A DNA stretch of 64,000 nt, from the IMG/VR virus record IMGVR_UViG_3300040801_001224, positions 1 to 64,000 of that record; one strand, written 5' to 3'. A model generated the notes under the pieces. It was not told the origin of the DNA. It saw only the letters and a program-made list of their open reading frames with translations, and searched no databases. Below are positions 25,953 through 34,585 of the stretch, one piece after another. The position numbers and the translations under genes were made by a program. Numbering within the stretch: position 1 is the stretch's first letter; each line of letters begins with the position of its first letter.

Positions 25953-26147
25953 ATGCCTTACGTACCAGAGCTTGACGAATACCTACATGTTATCGAATCG
26001 CCCAAACGTTCTGATAAACTAAAGGCGAGAGAACTTGTTGCGGCTGGTAAGGCACTTGGATACAGCGTTCATCATACCGGTGATGGACATCTAGACATAT
26101 GGTTCGACAGTGAAGAAGATGCCCTGAGGTATATGCTTGTATGGTAG
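25953..26147 (+). CDS. hypothetical protein, family A
   Basis: Ends WFDSEEDALRYMLVW. Confidence 0.75.
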   Translation: MPYVPELDEYLHVIESPKRSDKLKARELVAAGKALGYSVHHTGDGHLDIWFDSEEDALRYMLVW

Positions 26148-26536
26148 ATGAAAATGTAACACTAATACACAGTGACGATTATTGTGTGATAATGCAGAGT
26201 AATGATCCACGTGAACAGTACTTGGGTAATCCCGTACAGCTCATGGAGCAGGTATGGTGCAATCAACCCAATGACTGTAATGAGTATCGCACAAACCTGC
26301 GTTCAGAACATTATGGCAAGCGTGTGTTCTATGTGTATTGTATGTCCGATCAGATCGTGGAATTTAAAGTTGTTGACTTAGCCGTAAAAGACAGAGCGTA
26401 TGATCCAAATGACATAAGATGTAGCCACCCGTTATTGGTTGATGGCGGTATTGTGATGACGCCACTAAAGAACAAACATGAGATTTTGGAATATGTTTTA
26501 TTTGATGAACTAGTTGGAAAAAGAGATGAAGAGTGA
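26141..26536 (+). CDS. hypothetical protein
   Basis: SD GAGG; overlap coupling. Confidence 0.75.
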   Translation: MVDENVTLIHSDDYCVIMQSNDPREQYLGNPVQLMEQVWCNQPNDCNEYRTNLRSEHYGKRVFYVYCMSDQIVEFKVVDLAVKDRAYDPNDIRCSHPLLVDGGIVMTPLKNKHEILEYVLFDELVGKRDEE

Positions 26537-26650
26537 AGAAATTATTTACAGGTTATTGATTGGCGGTATGCTAATACTGTTGATGCTGAGTATCGATCCA
26601 GTGATGTCACTGCTCAGTGGCATCGGCTTATACATTATGGGAACGCTGAG

Positions 26651-27055
26651 TTGATAGCAATTATTAATCCAGAATACACTGGTAGATTTTCAGGCAGAGT
26701 AATCGGCTATGTTTGTCGTGTGAGTGAACGAGCTCACTGGCCTGAGGAAGAACAGTGGGATGGACAAGGTGCTCCATACGCAGGTATGATCTACATAAAG
26801 TTCGGAGTCAAGGGTGAGGAAATCATGGAGGATCGTCTAGTGAATGGTGACGACTCTATGTATACTGGACACGCCACTGACAGCGATGTGGGCGGCCTAA
26901 TACGTGAGTTTGTGGAAGATTATCTGGATCGGGATAGGCGATTACTCAGTTTTCGTCAGGTTCCCGGCTGTAGAATCAAAGGCCAACTATATTATAGAAC
27001 TAGCGTAGAAGCAGACAAATACCGGGGAATCCCCTGCCTAATGTATGGACGATAA
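26651..27055 (+). CDS. hypothetical protein, start uncertain
   Basis: The frame is open from 26537. Confidence 0.6.
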   Translation: MIAIINPEYTGRFSGRVIGYVCRVSERAHWPEEEQWDGQGAPYAGMIYIKFGVKGEEIMEDRLVNGDDSMYTGHATDSDVGGLIREFVEDYLDRDRRLLSFRQVPGCRIKGQLYYRTSVEADKYRGIPCLMYGR

Positions 27056-27132
27056 ATAATACTAGAGGTACACACATATGAAAATAAAATTCCACCCAAT
27101 TTACATAGGCCCAATCCCACCTGGAAAATAAC

Positions 27133-27540
27133 ATGGACAAGAAAGATCGCACTATTGAAGAGATTAAGGGTCATTACGACAATGGCCAGTTAGCTGAACA
27201 CTACTTTGCTGACATACAGCACGACCAATATTTTGGAAAGTTTAGGCGTTGGTATAAAGACGGCACACCACAATGTGACTGTGAGTTTAACGATGACAAT
27301 CGACTAGTAGGGATTGCCAGGTGGTGGTGGCCCAACGGACAATTACAGATGATCAGTGAGAGTGTTGGTGGCGGTGATTGTGGCTTCTTTGCGGAATTCG
27401 AACAAGACGGCACACTTGTAGAAGCAGATTATACTACTGAATCGGAAACATATGACATTCAAAAAGAAGTGGAAGCTGTTGGGTCTGATGGAATTACTGA
27501 CGAATTTATAATGATGTTGAGGTTAAAGTATTACGAATGA
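27133..27540 (+). CDS. MORN-variant (YwqK-like) repeat protein with family A tail
   Basis: HYDNGQL, WYKDGTP, WWPNGQL repeats; ends TDEFIMMLRLKYYE. Confidence 0.8.
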   Translation: MDKKDRTIEEIKGHYDNGQLAEHYFADIQHDQYFGKFRRWYKDGTPQCDCEFNDDNRLVGIARWWWPNGQLQMISESVGGGDCGFFAEFEQDGTLVEADYTTESETYDIQKEVEAVGSDGITDEFIMMLRLKYYE

Positions 27541-27731
27541 GTTATTACCGTAGGGTTCACGTTAAAAACAAATATAAGATAGACCCGAACATTGCTAACT
27601 TCATGTTTGAGAGTTGGTTAGTTAATAACAATATAGGTTTTGAGAAGTTCAAAATTATAGACCTCAACACCGTTGACGTCTGGTTTCGCAGTAAGCAAGA
27701 TTATTTTATATACGAAATGCTTAAGCCTTAG
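27537..27731 (+). CDS. hypothetical protein, family A
   Basis: WFRSKQDYFIYEML. Confidence 0.7.
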   Translation: MSYYRRVHVKNKYKIDPNIANFMFESWLVNNNIGFEKFKIIDLNTVDVWFRSKQDYFIYEMLKP

Positions 27732-28473
27732 GGTCCTTGCGCTCTATATCATCCTCGCGAGTTTCTTCACCGTACTGTATTTCAATGATGTGGCATGGCT
27801 TCTTGCTGTTATTAATTAGTTGATGCCATTCTCGCTTCTGTATCTGATGAGTGTCATGCTTACGTAAGTTCACACTATACCCTTCACGACGAACAGTACA
27901 CTCTCCCTTACTGACAAACCATAATTCACTGCGTAGTTGGTGTCGTTGGTAGCTCAATGATTTGCCTGGCTCTACTATTAGTTCCTTTACCTTAACTTCA
28001 CTATCAACAAAGTAATTATAAAACCTACCCCACTGCCGTGTTTCAAAGTCTTCACTTGCCGCATTGCGTATTAACCAGCTTGACGAGTTTAATTTATCTT
28101 CACCGCCTACTCCAAACTCAAACTCAACACCACTAACACTCATTTCAGGAATGTTTTCTGATGTACGGTCACCGCCATTACAGAATACAATGTCATTATG
28201 TGGGTAGTCACGCTTTACGTCTTCAATTAACGAACAACATGATTTGTCATCAGCCATTGGCACTATACGTACTTCGTCTACCATTTCTAGATGCTTAACG
28301 ATATTGACACGTTCACTCTCAGACATAAACGTTTTGCCTTTCTTGTCCATGATCCACTCGTTAGAATTAACACCAACAATCAAGTAGTCACCAAGCTTTT
28401 TTGCGGCCTTTAGGTAACTCAAGTGTCCTTCGTGAAGGGGATCAAATCCGCCAGTACATATAGTAATCTTCAT
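27721..28473 (-). CDS. cytidylyltransferase-like domain fused to a mannose-6-phosphate isomerase type II cupin
   Basis: TGGFDPLHEGH (HxGH); RQWG, LSYQRHQLRSELW, IIEIQYG, EDDIER. Confidence 0.9.
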   Translation of the reverse strand: MKITICTGGFDPLHEGHLSYLKAAKKLGDYLIVGVNSNEWIMDKKGKTFMSESERVNIVKHLEMVDEVRIVPMADDKSCCSLIEDVKRDYPHNDIVFCNGGDRTSENIPEMSVSGVEFEFGVGGEDKLNSSSWLIRNAASEDFETRQWGRFYNYFVDSEVKVKELIVEPGKSLSYQRHQLRSELWFVSKGECTVRREGYSVNLRKHDTHQIQKREWHQLINNSKKPCHIIEIQYGEETREDDIERKDPKA

Positions 28474-28505
28474 ACCCATATTTATGCCAGTAGGTAAATA
28501 ATACT

Positions 28506-28865
28506 ATGATGAAATGGATTATAGCACTTCTTTTATTAGTGTCCACTAATGTTCTTGCTGAAGATTGTTTATACGAGTATGACATAGACACACGAAAAAA
28601 ATTCCTCAAATGGTATCCTGTACTCAGCATTAACTACTGGCCCTACTGGTATATGATGTACAACAATGACTCCGGATTAGAAAACACAATATGGGATAAT
28701 GATGTTGGTGGTGGCCTACAGTTCGGTGTACGGTATGATTTTGATGATGACCGGGGTTATTTAGAATTCAAACAAGAGTATGCCACCATGCCTATCAGTA
28801 GTTACGAATTTATAATCTCTGACGAAGAACCCATCATAATTTTTGAATTTCATAGATCATTTTAA
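28506..28865 (+). CDS. secreted, possibly outer-membrane protein
   Basis: Signal peptide ending VLA; aromatic beta-rich sequence; C-terminal FEFHRSF. Confidence 0.65.
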   Translation: MMKWIIALLLLVSTNVLAEDCLYEYDIDTRKKFLKWYPVLSINYWPYWYMMYNNDSGLENTIWDNDVGGGLQFGVRYDFDDDRGYLEFKQEYATMPISSYEFIISDEEPIIIFEFHRSF

Positions 28866-28886
28866 CACCGACCGGTAAATAATATT

Positions 28887-29066
28887 ATGCTTACTAATAT
28901 TAAATATTATAGAAAGTCCAAGGGTGGCGTCTGGTATAGGGACGGTGCCAACAAATGGACTCACGCTAAAACCAAAGAAAAAGCACAAGCTGAACTAGAG
29001 CAACTACGTGCCCTAGAACCATTTGGCCACGCTTTCCTAATCGAAGAAATCGAACACTACGTTTGA
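28887..29066 (+). CDS. 59-aa hypothetical protein (not in ORF track)
   Basis: MLTNIKYYRKSKGGVWY...; ATG 5 nt after GTAAATA. Confidence 0.65.
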   Translation: MLTNIKYYRKSKGGVWYRDGANKWTHAKTKEKAQAELEQLRALEPFGHAFLIEEIEHYV

Positions 29067-29123
29067 CAACGCCACTTTTTTGTGCTACTATAAGTAGTAC
29101 ATGTTCACTAGGTAAATATCTAT

Positions 29124-29333
29124 ATGAAGAAAATCGGGTTGGGGTATTTTATTCATGCGTTATTCTGGTTTTCCATGGGTGCCTTATTATTAGGACAACC
29201 CTGGAAGGAGAAGAGAGAACCTGTTACTATAGGCCATGAAATGTGCCTAACAGAAGATAGAGACCTAGAAGCAGTTGTTCACGTCAAGAAGATAGACTTA
29301 ATCAAAGTCGTATGTAAACCTCAGAAAGATTGA
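29124..29333 (+). CDS. membrane-anchored small protein
   Basis: N-terminal TM; Cys pair; sigma70 promoter at 29063 and GTAAATA at 29112. Confidence 0.7.
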   Translation: MKKIGLGYFIHALFWFSMGALLLGQPWKEKREPVTIGHEMCLTEDRDLEAVVHVKKIDLIKVVCKPQKD

Positions 29334-29414
29334 CAAGACCACTTTTTTATTATATAATAATGATAGTTAGAAACTATGACTAACTATTCTTTTAACCTTA
29401 ATTGGAGAGGACCA

Positions 29415-30587
29415 ATGAAAAAACTTTTATTCACATTATTAACTGTGTTCGCACTATCAGCCTGTGGTGGCGGTGGTGGCGGTGGTGGCAGTGAACCTGC
29501 ACCTACACCAACAAACCGTGCGCCTACTGTTAGTTTCACAGTGGCATGTACTGATTTAGAATGTGTGTTTGACGCAACTGCCAGAGATACTGACGGCACA
29601 GTCACATCATATGCCTGGGACTTTGGTGATGGCAATACCAGTACTACTGAAGATCCGAGCCACACTTATTCTAGTTATGGCGAATACAATGTTCGTGTAA
29701 CTGTCACAGATGATGACAATGCTACTGGCACCAGTGTTAAGCCGCTGACTGTTGCTATTGACATTCACGCTCAGACGGCAACTATTGATATGTTTGATAG
29801 CTCAATTATCTTCAAACAAGACTTTGACCATAGAGTTGATGGTGAGTACACGACTAATGACCTTAGTGACGACTTTGAATGTCTTGTCGGTTCCCTAGCA
29901 ACAATGGCTGGTGCCTGTTCAAGCCCAAGTATTAACTTAGAAGAGCTTGCTATTGAGAACGGGCAAATGAAAGTCACCTTTAAAGAAGGCATGGTTGGTA
30001 CTAACTTAGGCTTTGAGAAAAATTTAGGACAAGAGCATGATGAATTATATCTAACTTTCCAAGTTCGCTTTGATGATAACTACGATCAGTCTACTAACGG
30101 CGGTAAATTAATGGGCTTGGGTGGTAATGCAGACGGACGTAAAGATGGGTTTGTGCCAAGTGGCTGTGATGCTGTGGGTCCTAATGAAGGGTTTAGTACA
30201 AGATTTCAATATCGACAAGAAGGCAGGCTCGCGCACTACGTCTATCATCAGAACAAAACAGTTGATTGCGGCGATCAAAGATATATTGAAGACTTTGCTG
30301 AAGATGACAACTATTTTAGCTTCCGTAAAGAGCAGACTTATACTTTAGAAATGCGTGTAAAAATGAATGATGTTGGCCAAGCAAATGGCACAATGGAATC
30401 ATACATCAATGGTGTTAAGACACGTACTGATGAGTTTGTATTTAGTGAAGACGGCACAATTGGTATTAACAGATTCCTATTCGTACTTTATATAGGCGGT
30501 GGCCCAAATCAAGGATTTGAATTACTTAACCCAAGCACACTATACTTAGACAACTTTGTTCTAAGTACTGAGCGTGTAGTTCAGTGA
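29415..30587 (+). CDS. lipoprotein with PKD domain and polysaccharide lyase (PL14-like) domain
   Basis: Lipobox LSAC plus poly-Gly; YAWDFGDG...PSHTY PKD motif; GGKLMGLGG, GFSTRF, YVYH, YIGGG; promoter at 29330-29358. Confidence 0.8.
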   Translation: MKKLLFTLLTVFALSACGGGGGGGGSEPAPTPTNRAPTVSFTVACTDLECVFDATARDTDGTVTSYAWDFGDGNTSTTEDPSHTYSSYGEYNVRVTVTDDDNATGTSVKPLTVAIDIHAQTATIDMFDSSIIFKQDFDHRVDGEYTTNDLSDDFECLVGSLATMAGACSSPSINLEELAIENGQMKVTFKEGMVGTNLGFEKNLGQEHDELYLTFQVRFDDNYDQSTNGGKLMGLGGNADGRKDGFVPSGCDAVGPNEGFSTRFQYRQEGRLAHYVYHQNKTVDCGDQRYIEDFAEDDNYFSFRKEQTYTLEMRVKMNDVGQANGTMESYINGVKTRTDEFVFSEDGTIGINRFLFVLYIGGGPNQGFELLNPSTLYLDNFVLSTERVVQ

Positions 30588-30593
30588 TAAATA

Positions 30594-30837
30594 AGATGTA
30601 AGTTTGGTGGATTGTGATTGTTATAATAGTGGCGTCTAAATATTATAATGTATTGTAGTTACAATCCTCCGGCTCTTTACCTTTGTGTATATATTTTGGT
30701 TATATACACTATCAGCCGTCCTAGCAATACTAGAGGTACTGAAAATAGGTGTATGGGGCTTTTGTTTTTGAAGACACCTATGACAGCATATCAAAATGTC
30801 ATACAAAAACAACGAAGGGCTGATTAATTCAGCCCTT
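30594..30837 (+). ncRNA. candidate ~240-nt structured ncRNA
   Basis: GATAAATA upstream; several consecutive stems; terminator at the end. Confidence 0.5.
30815..30837. terminator. hairpin terminator between convergent units
   Basis: AAGGGCTGA-TTAAT-TCAGCCCTT. Confidence 0.8.
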
Positions 30838-30843
30838 TCCTAT

Positions 30844-31119
30844 CTACATTAAATTAACTGTATCGTCAGAACGACAATAAGACTGATAGTGTTGTGTGAC
30901 GTTGCCATCAATATCCCATACCATCGTTTCAGTAGGGCTGATGCCTTGCTCTACATAATGTAGATTGCCATTATCGTAAGTCTTATACATGATGGCTTTT
31001 TTATCCTTCTCATTAACTGCCATCATAGCGCCACGCAATAGCCCAATGTCTTCAAAGCCATTGGCTGTTAGTACATCACGCCAATTGTCTTTTGTTATTG
31101 TATATAAATCCATAATCAC
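30844..31119 (-). CDS. hypothetical protein
   Basis: ATAAATA at 31139-31145 and AGGTG SD upstream; exact start uncertain. Confidence 0.7.
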   Translation of the reverse strand: MIMDLYTITKDNWRDVLTANGFEDIGLLRGAMMAVNEKDKKAIMYKTYDNGNLHYVEQGISPTETMVWDIDGNVTQHYQSYCRSDDTVNLM

Positions 31120-31162
31120 CTATTCTCGTTTATATATGTATTTATTAAGAAGTTGAGTTCGG

Positions 31163-31351
31163 ATGAGATTAACTGAAAAAATTGTAATGGAAGTAATAAA
31201 TGAATTGAAACCATGCCAATATACAGAAGTAATTGGGCAGTTAATTGGTAGGGGTTATGATAGTTCTGAAGTTCACGCTATGCTGGATAAAATGGACAAA
31301 GAAGAAAAATTTGATGTTGATACTGACAGCATTGTGCCGCGCATCATTTAG
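31163..31351 (+). CDS. small hypothetical protein, possibly winged-helix-like
   Basis: Helix-turn-helix-like pattern YTEVIGQL..RGYDSSEVHAMLDKM. Confidence 0.6.
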   Translation: MRLTEKIVMEVINELKPCQYTEVIGQLIGRGYDSSEVHAMLDKMDKEEKFDVDTDSIVPRII

Positions 31352-31430
31352 CAACCCAAGCACACTATACTTAGACAACTTTGTTCTAAGTACTGAGCGT
31401 GTAGTTCAGTAACATCAATAACGACGTTAC

Positions 31431-31451
31431 GAAGGGCTGAATCAGCCCTTC
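31431..31451. terminator. hairpin terminator ending the late minus-strand operon
   Basis: GAAGGGCTGA-A-TCAGCCCTTC, a near copy of 30815-30837. Confidence 0.75.
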
Positions 31452-32029
31452 TTATCTTTTTCCAACACCGCGTAAATGTTTTTTTGCACTGACTTAGTTC
31501 TGGGCATAAACGAAATTTTTAAATTATTGTGATTGGCGTATTCATCAACTGCTTTCTTTACACCATCTCTAATAAAATAATCATCACAGACAATACTGCC
31601 TGTGACCATACTCCCCCAAATTTCTAAGTCACTTTTAACGTCTTCATAAAGGTGTGAGCCATCAATATGCAATAAATCAATTGGCTTCTTAAATTGAAAG
31701 TTGATATTTTTGGACATTACTGGGGTGTATGCACGAATTAATTCAAAATTTTCAATACTTTGTGTGAATTGGTTAAAATGGTGGATGCTATACGGTATGT
31801 CTCGCATGCCGTATCCATAATCAGTATCATGGGGGAAACTTGGAACTGGATCTATAGCAGTTAATAACACAGACGGATGTTTGTTCATACCCAACGAATA
31901 AGCACTCCTGCCGTAAAAAGATCCAATTTCTACTATCCAACCATTTTTCGGAATAGCCTTAGCAAGTGATGCCAAAAATAATAATTTATCAGGATGTGAC
32001 CATCCAGGTATGTCATTGTTTATTATCAT
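31442..32029 (-). CDS. class I SAM methyltransferase (Methyltransf_24-like)
   Basis: IVEIGSFYGRS, LLHIDGSHLYE, VCDDY. Confidence 0.9.
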   Translation of the reverse strand: MIINNDIPGWSHPDKLLFLASLAKAIPKNGWIVEIGSFYGRSAYSLGMNKHPSVLLTAIDPVPSFPHDTDYGYGMRDIPYSIHHFNQFTQSIENFELIRAYTPVMSKNINFQFKKPIDLLHIDGSHLYEDVKSDLEIWGSMVTGSIVCDDYFIRDGVKKAVDEYANHNNLKISFMPRTKSVQKNIYAVLEKDKKG

Positions 32030-33360
32030 TTCTTTATAATAATCGCCAGGTCGTCACACCCATAACGCTCGCCCGTATTCAGCGTAAGCCCATTCTCTTC
32101 AGCATATTCATCCACAGCTCTAGAAGCATCTGGAAAATCATGGTTGTTATAATCGTCAACAACAATGATGCCGCCCTTCTTCATTCTCGAATGCATCGTG
32201 TCTAGATACTTCTTGGTATCTTCATAGGTGTGGCCAGCATCCGCAAACAAAGCATCAACACTATCTTCTTCAATGTCTAGTATTTGCTCATCTAAATCAC
32301 CAGTATAGATCTCCATATTTTCATGCTCGCCTACATGACGCTTAAATAACTTCAATCCATAGCGATCAGTTTTCCTAAACTTGCCTTCAAATGGATTTTC
32401 AGCCATTATTTCAGATAACAATGTCCCACCCTTCTTCGGTAAGAAGTCATAACATTTCAGTTTAACTGACGAATCTCTGCGGTTATTAGCAAGTACATAT
32501 GTACTTCTTCCAACCCACGTACCTAATTCAACTATTGTAGAATTTCTAGGTAAGAATCTTGCTACTACTGCCAGGTAATACAATTTGTCAAGACTAGTCC
32601 ATCCAGGAATATCTTCGTTAATATCAAAATGCTTTGTGATTGGGCTCGCATATATTGGCTCATTAGATTTCCCAATGGCATGTTTAATGCCATATCTATT
32701 TAACAACTCATGAACCATTGTGTATGCCTTAGGTGTCACTGGCATCTGTTTTTTAATTAATTCTGCATCTACAGATAAAGTGACATCGACATCATCAGCA
32801 AATAACCTAATCAACGTAAACGGATCTTCAGATAACTCGTCATATGTTATACTTGGGTAGTCGTTGTTGATCGTATACGCTTGTTTGAAAAACTTAAACA
32901 TTAAGTGATAATCAATTTCAGAAAGTTTAACGCCGTCAAGTGCTGTGAATGTGTTGATAGTATGTAAGTTAATAATGACTACATTATACTTCCTTTTTAA
33001 CTCACCCAGCAAATCATGTGCTGTTTTGTGAAACAAACCAGGGTATAAGTAAAAAGCAAATGATTTTTTCTCTTTAATAATCTGTTCGTTGATGTGCCAT
33101 AGTCTTGAACCCACCTCGTTGTGTGGGTCTTCAAATCTTTCATGATCAATATATGTCATTACACCATCCATCATTTTGACACGTCGATCATCTTTATCAG
33201 CATCTATTTCAAATAATCCACGGCAGTCAGATTTTTGAAATTTATCTCCGTAGATTTCTTTTAAGTATGACTGAACAACCGCCACTGCGTATTCGGCACC
33301 TGAATTTGGTGCCGACTCAATACATACGACTGTTGGTTTCTTTGGATTAATTTTTTTCAT
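32026..33360 (-). CDS. sulfotransferase-like N-terminal domain fused to a Methyltransf_24-like domain
   Basis: SAPNSGAE and ITYDELSEDP; IVELGTWVGRST, LFADAGHTYE, IVVDDY; start MKKINPK. Confidence 0.8.
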   Translation of the reverse strand: MKKINPKKPTVVCIESAPNSGAEYAVAVVQSYLKEIYGDKFQKSDCRGLFEIDADKDDRRVKMMDGVMTYIDHERFEDPHNEVGSRLWHINEQIIKEKKSFAFYLYPGLFHKTAHDLLGELKRKYNVVIINLHTINTFTALDGVKLSEIDYHLMFKFFKQAYTINNDYPSITYDELSEDPFTLIRLFADDVDVTLSVDAELIKKQMPVTPKAYTMVHELLNRYGIKHAIGKSNEPIYASPITKHFDINEDIPGWTSLDKLYYLAVVARFLPRNSTIVELGTWVGRSTYVLANNRRDSSVKLKCYDFLPKKGGTLLSEIMAENPFEGKFRKTDRYGLKLFKRHVGEHENMEIYTGDLDEQILDIEEDSVDALFADAGHTYEDTKKYLDTMHSRMKKGGIIVVDDYNNHDFPDASRAVDEYAEENGLTLNTGERYGCDDLAIIIKK

Positions 33361-33361
33361 T

Positions 33362-34585
33362 TTATTTCCTTGTGTTACCGTAGTGAACAACCTTGACACC
33401 TTCAATATCTTCTTGACGTCTCCAAGGGTCAATAATCACACTGCCTTCAACTGGCGAGAAGTCTGATTCAGCTTCACTCTTACTCACACCTGCTTCTTGC
33501 TTAAAGTATGTTACGTCATAGTTATGTGCTAACAAGTATACTGCTGGACCTAGGTCTGCTGGTGGTGTGTCACCTGTCATTGGATCCAAATAATATAATG
33601 GTTGCTTGCCTTCGATAAACGCACCTGTTAGAATGCTTGGTGAACCGAACTCATAATCTACACCTGGTTTAAATGCTTTGCCAACAATAACGCAAGGCAT
33701 GTCGTATTTTAACATTGCCTCTGCCATATTCTTGGCTTGCTTTTCACGTGCGTCCATAATAGCGTGGAACAAGTCATAGCCTAAGTTCTGTTCTTGTGCC
33801 ATCCAACGTAGGGCAATGTTGTCACGTGGGTGACATGAACCGCCATCTCCCATACCTGCTGTCATATACTTTGGTCCCATAATACGCTGGTCACTCATTG
33901 CTAGTGCGTTAGTCACTACATCTACATTCATGTTACCCAAACGTTCCGCAACGTCCTGTATCATATTTACTAGGCCTAGTTTAGCACTAATGAACGTATT
34001 GTAAAATACTTTTGTGGCTTCCATCTCTTCCCAAGTACCTACAACATAACGTGGATCGTTACGCATAATAGTTCTGTAGAACTCAATAAGCTCCTTTGCG
34101 TCACCAGTTTCGCTACCATCTTCAGTACCAATCATTACCATTTCTGGATGAATCATATCCCATGCCACTGTGCCTTGTGCGATTAGATACGGATTGTAAA
34201 TGAAACGTGCGTTTGTAATTAGCTCAACAAATTCACGTCGAGTTGTGCCTGGCATTACAGTACTGATAAGAACAACTAACTGTTCTGGATTGGCATGTTT
34301 GTTGATTTCTTTTAGTACTTCCTCAACAATATGATAGCTGAAATCTTTTGGCTCTAAGTGGCTTGTGGGATCTCTACCATCATACGCAGGATCATGTGGG
34401 GTTGGTACAGCGATAAAGATCATATCACGATCCTTAACTGCTTCTTCAATAGTTGGTACCATGTCGAAGTTCTCTGGAGTACGTTCCTCCAAGTCATAGC
34501 CCAATACGTGATGGCCGCCACGTGCCATCTCTTGAGCGCATTCTAGTCCTAGTTGGCCACAGCCAATCATTGCTACTTTAGTCAT
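33362..34585 (-). CDS. ugd: UDP-glucose/GDP-mannose 6-dehydrogenase family
   Basis: GCGQLG, IAVPTP, STVMPGTT, GGSCHPRD with catalytic Cys; start MTKVAMIG after SD AAGGAG. Confidence 0.92.
   Translation of the reverse strand: MTKVAMIGCGQLGLECAQEMARGGHHVLGYDLEERTPENFDMVPTIEEAVKDRDMIFIAVPTPHDPAYDGRDPTSHLEPKDFSYHIVEEVLKEINKHANPEQLVVLISTVMPGTTRREFVELITNARFIYNPYLIAQGTVAWDMIHPEMVMIGTEDGSETGDAKELIEFYRTIMRNDPRYVVGTWEEMEATKVFYNTFISAKLGLVNMIQDVAERLGNMNVDVVTNALAMSDQRIMGPKYMTAGMGDGGSCHPRDNIALRWMAQEQNLGYDLFHAIMDAREKQAKNMAEAMLKYDMPCVIVGKAFKPGVDYEFGSPSILTGAFIEGKQPLYYLDPMTGDTPPADLGPAVYLLAHNYDVTYFKQEAGVSKSEAESDFSPVEGSVIIDPWRRQEDIEGVKVVHYGNTRK

Larger units (their letters stand above)
30528..31410. repeat. 58-bp exact direct repeat of the lipoprotein gene 3' end (30528-30585 and 31353-31410)
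   Basis: AACCCAAGCACACTATAC...GTGTAGTTCAGT is identical in both copies. Confidence 0.95.

Noticed and set aside
29465-29490. GGT/GGC microsatellite as a phase-variation tract
   Set aside because: It is an in-frame poly-Gly linker after a lipobox.
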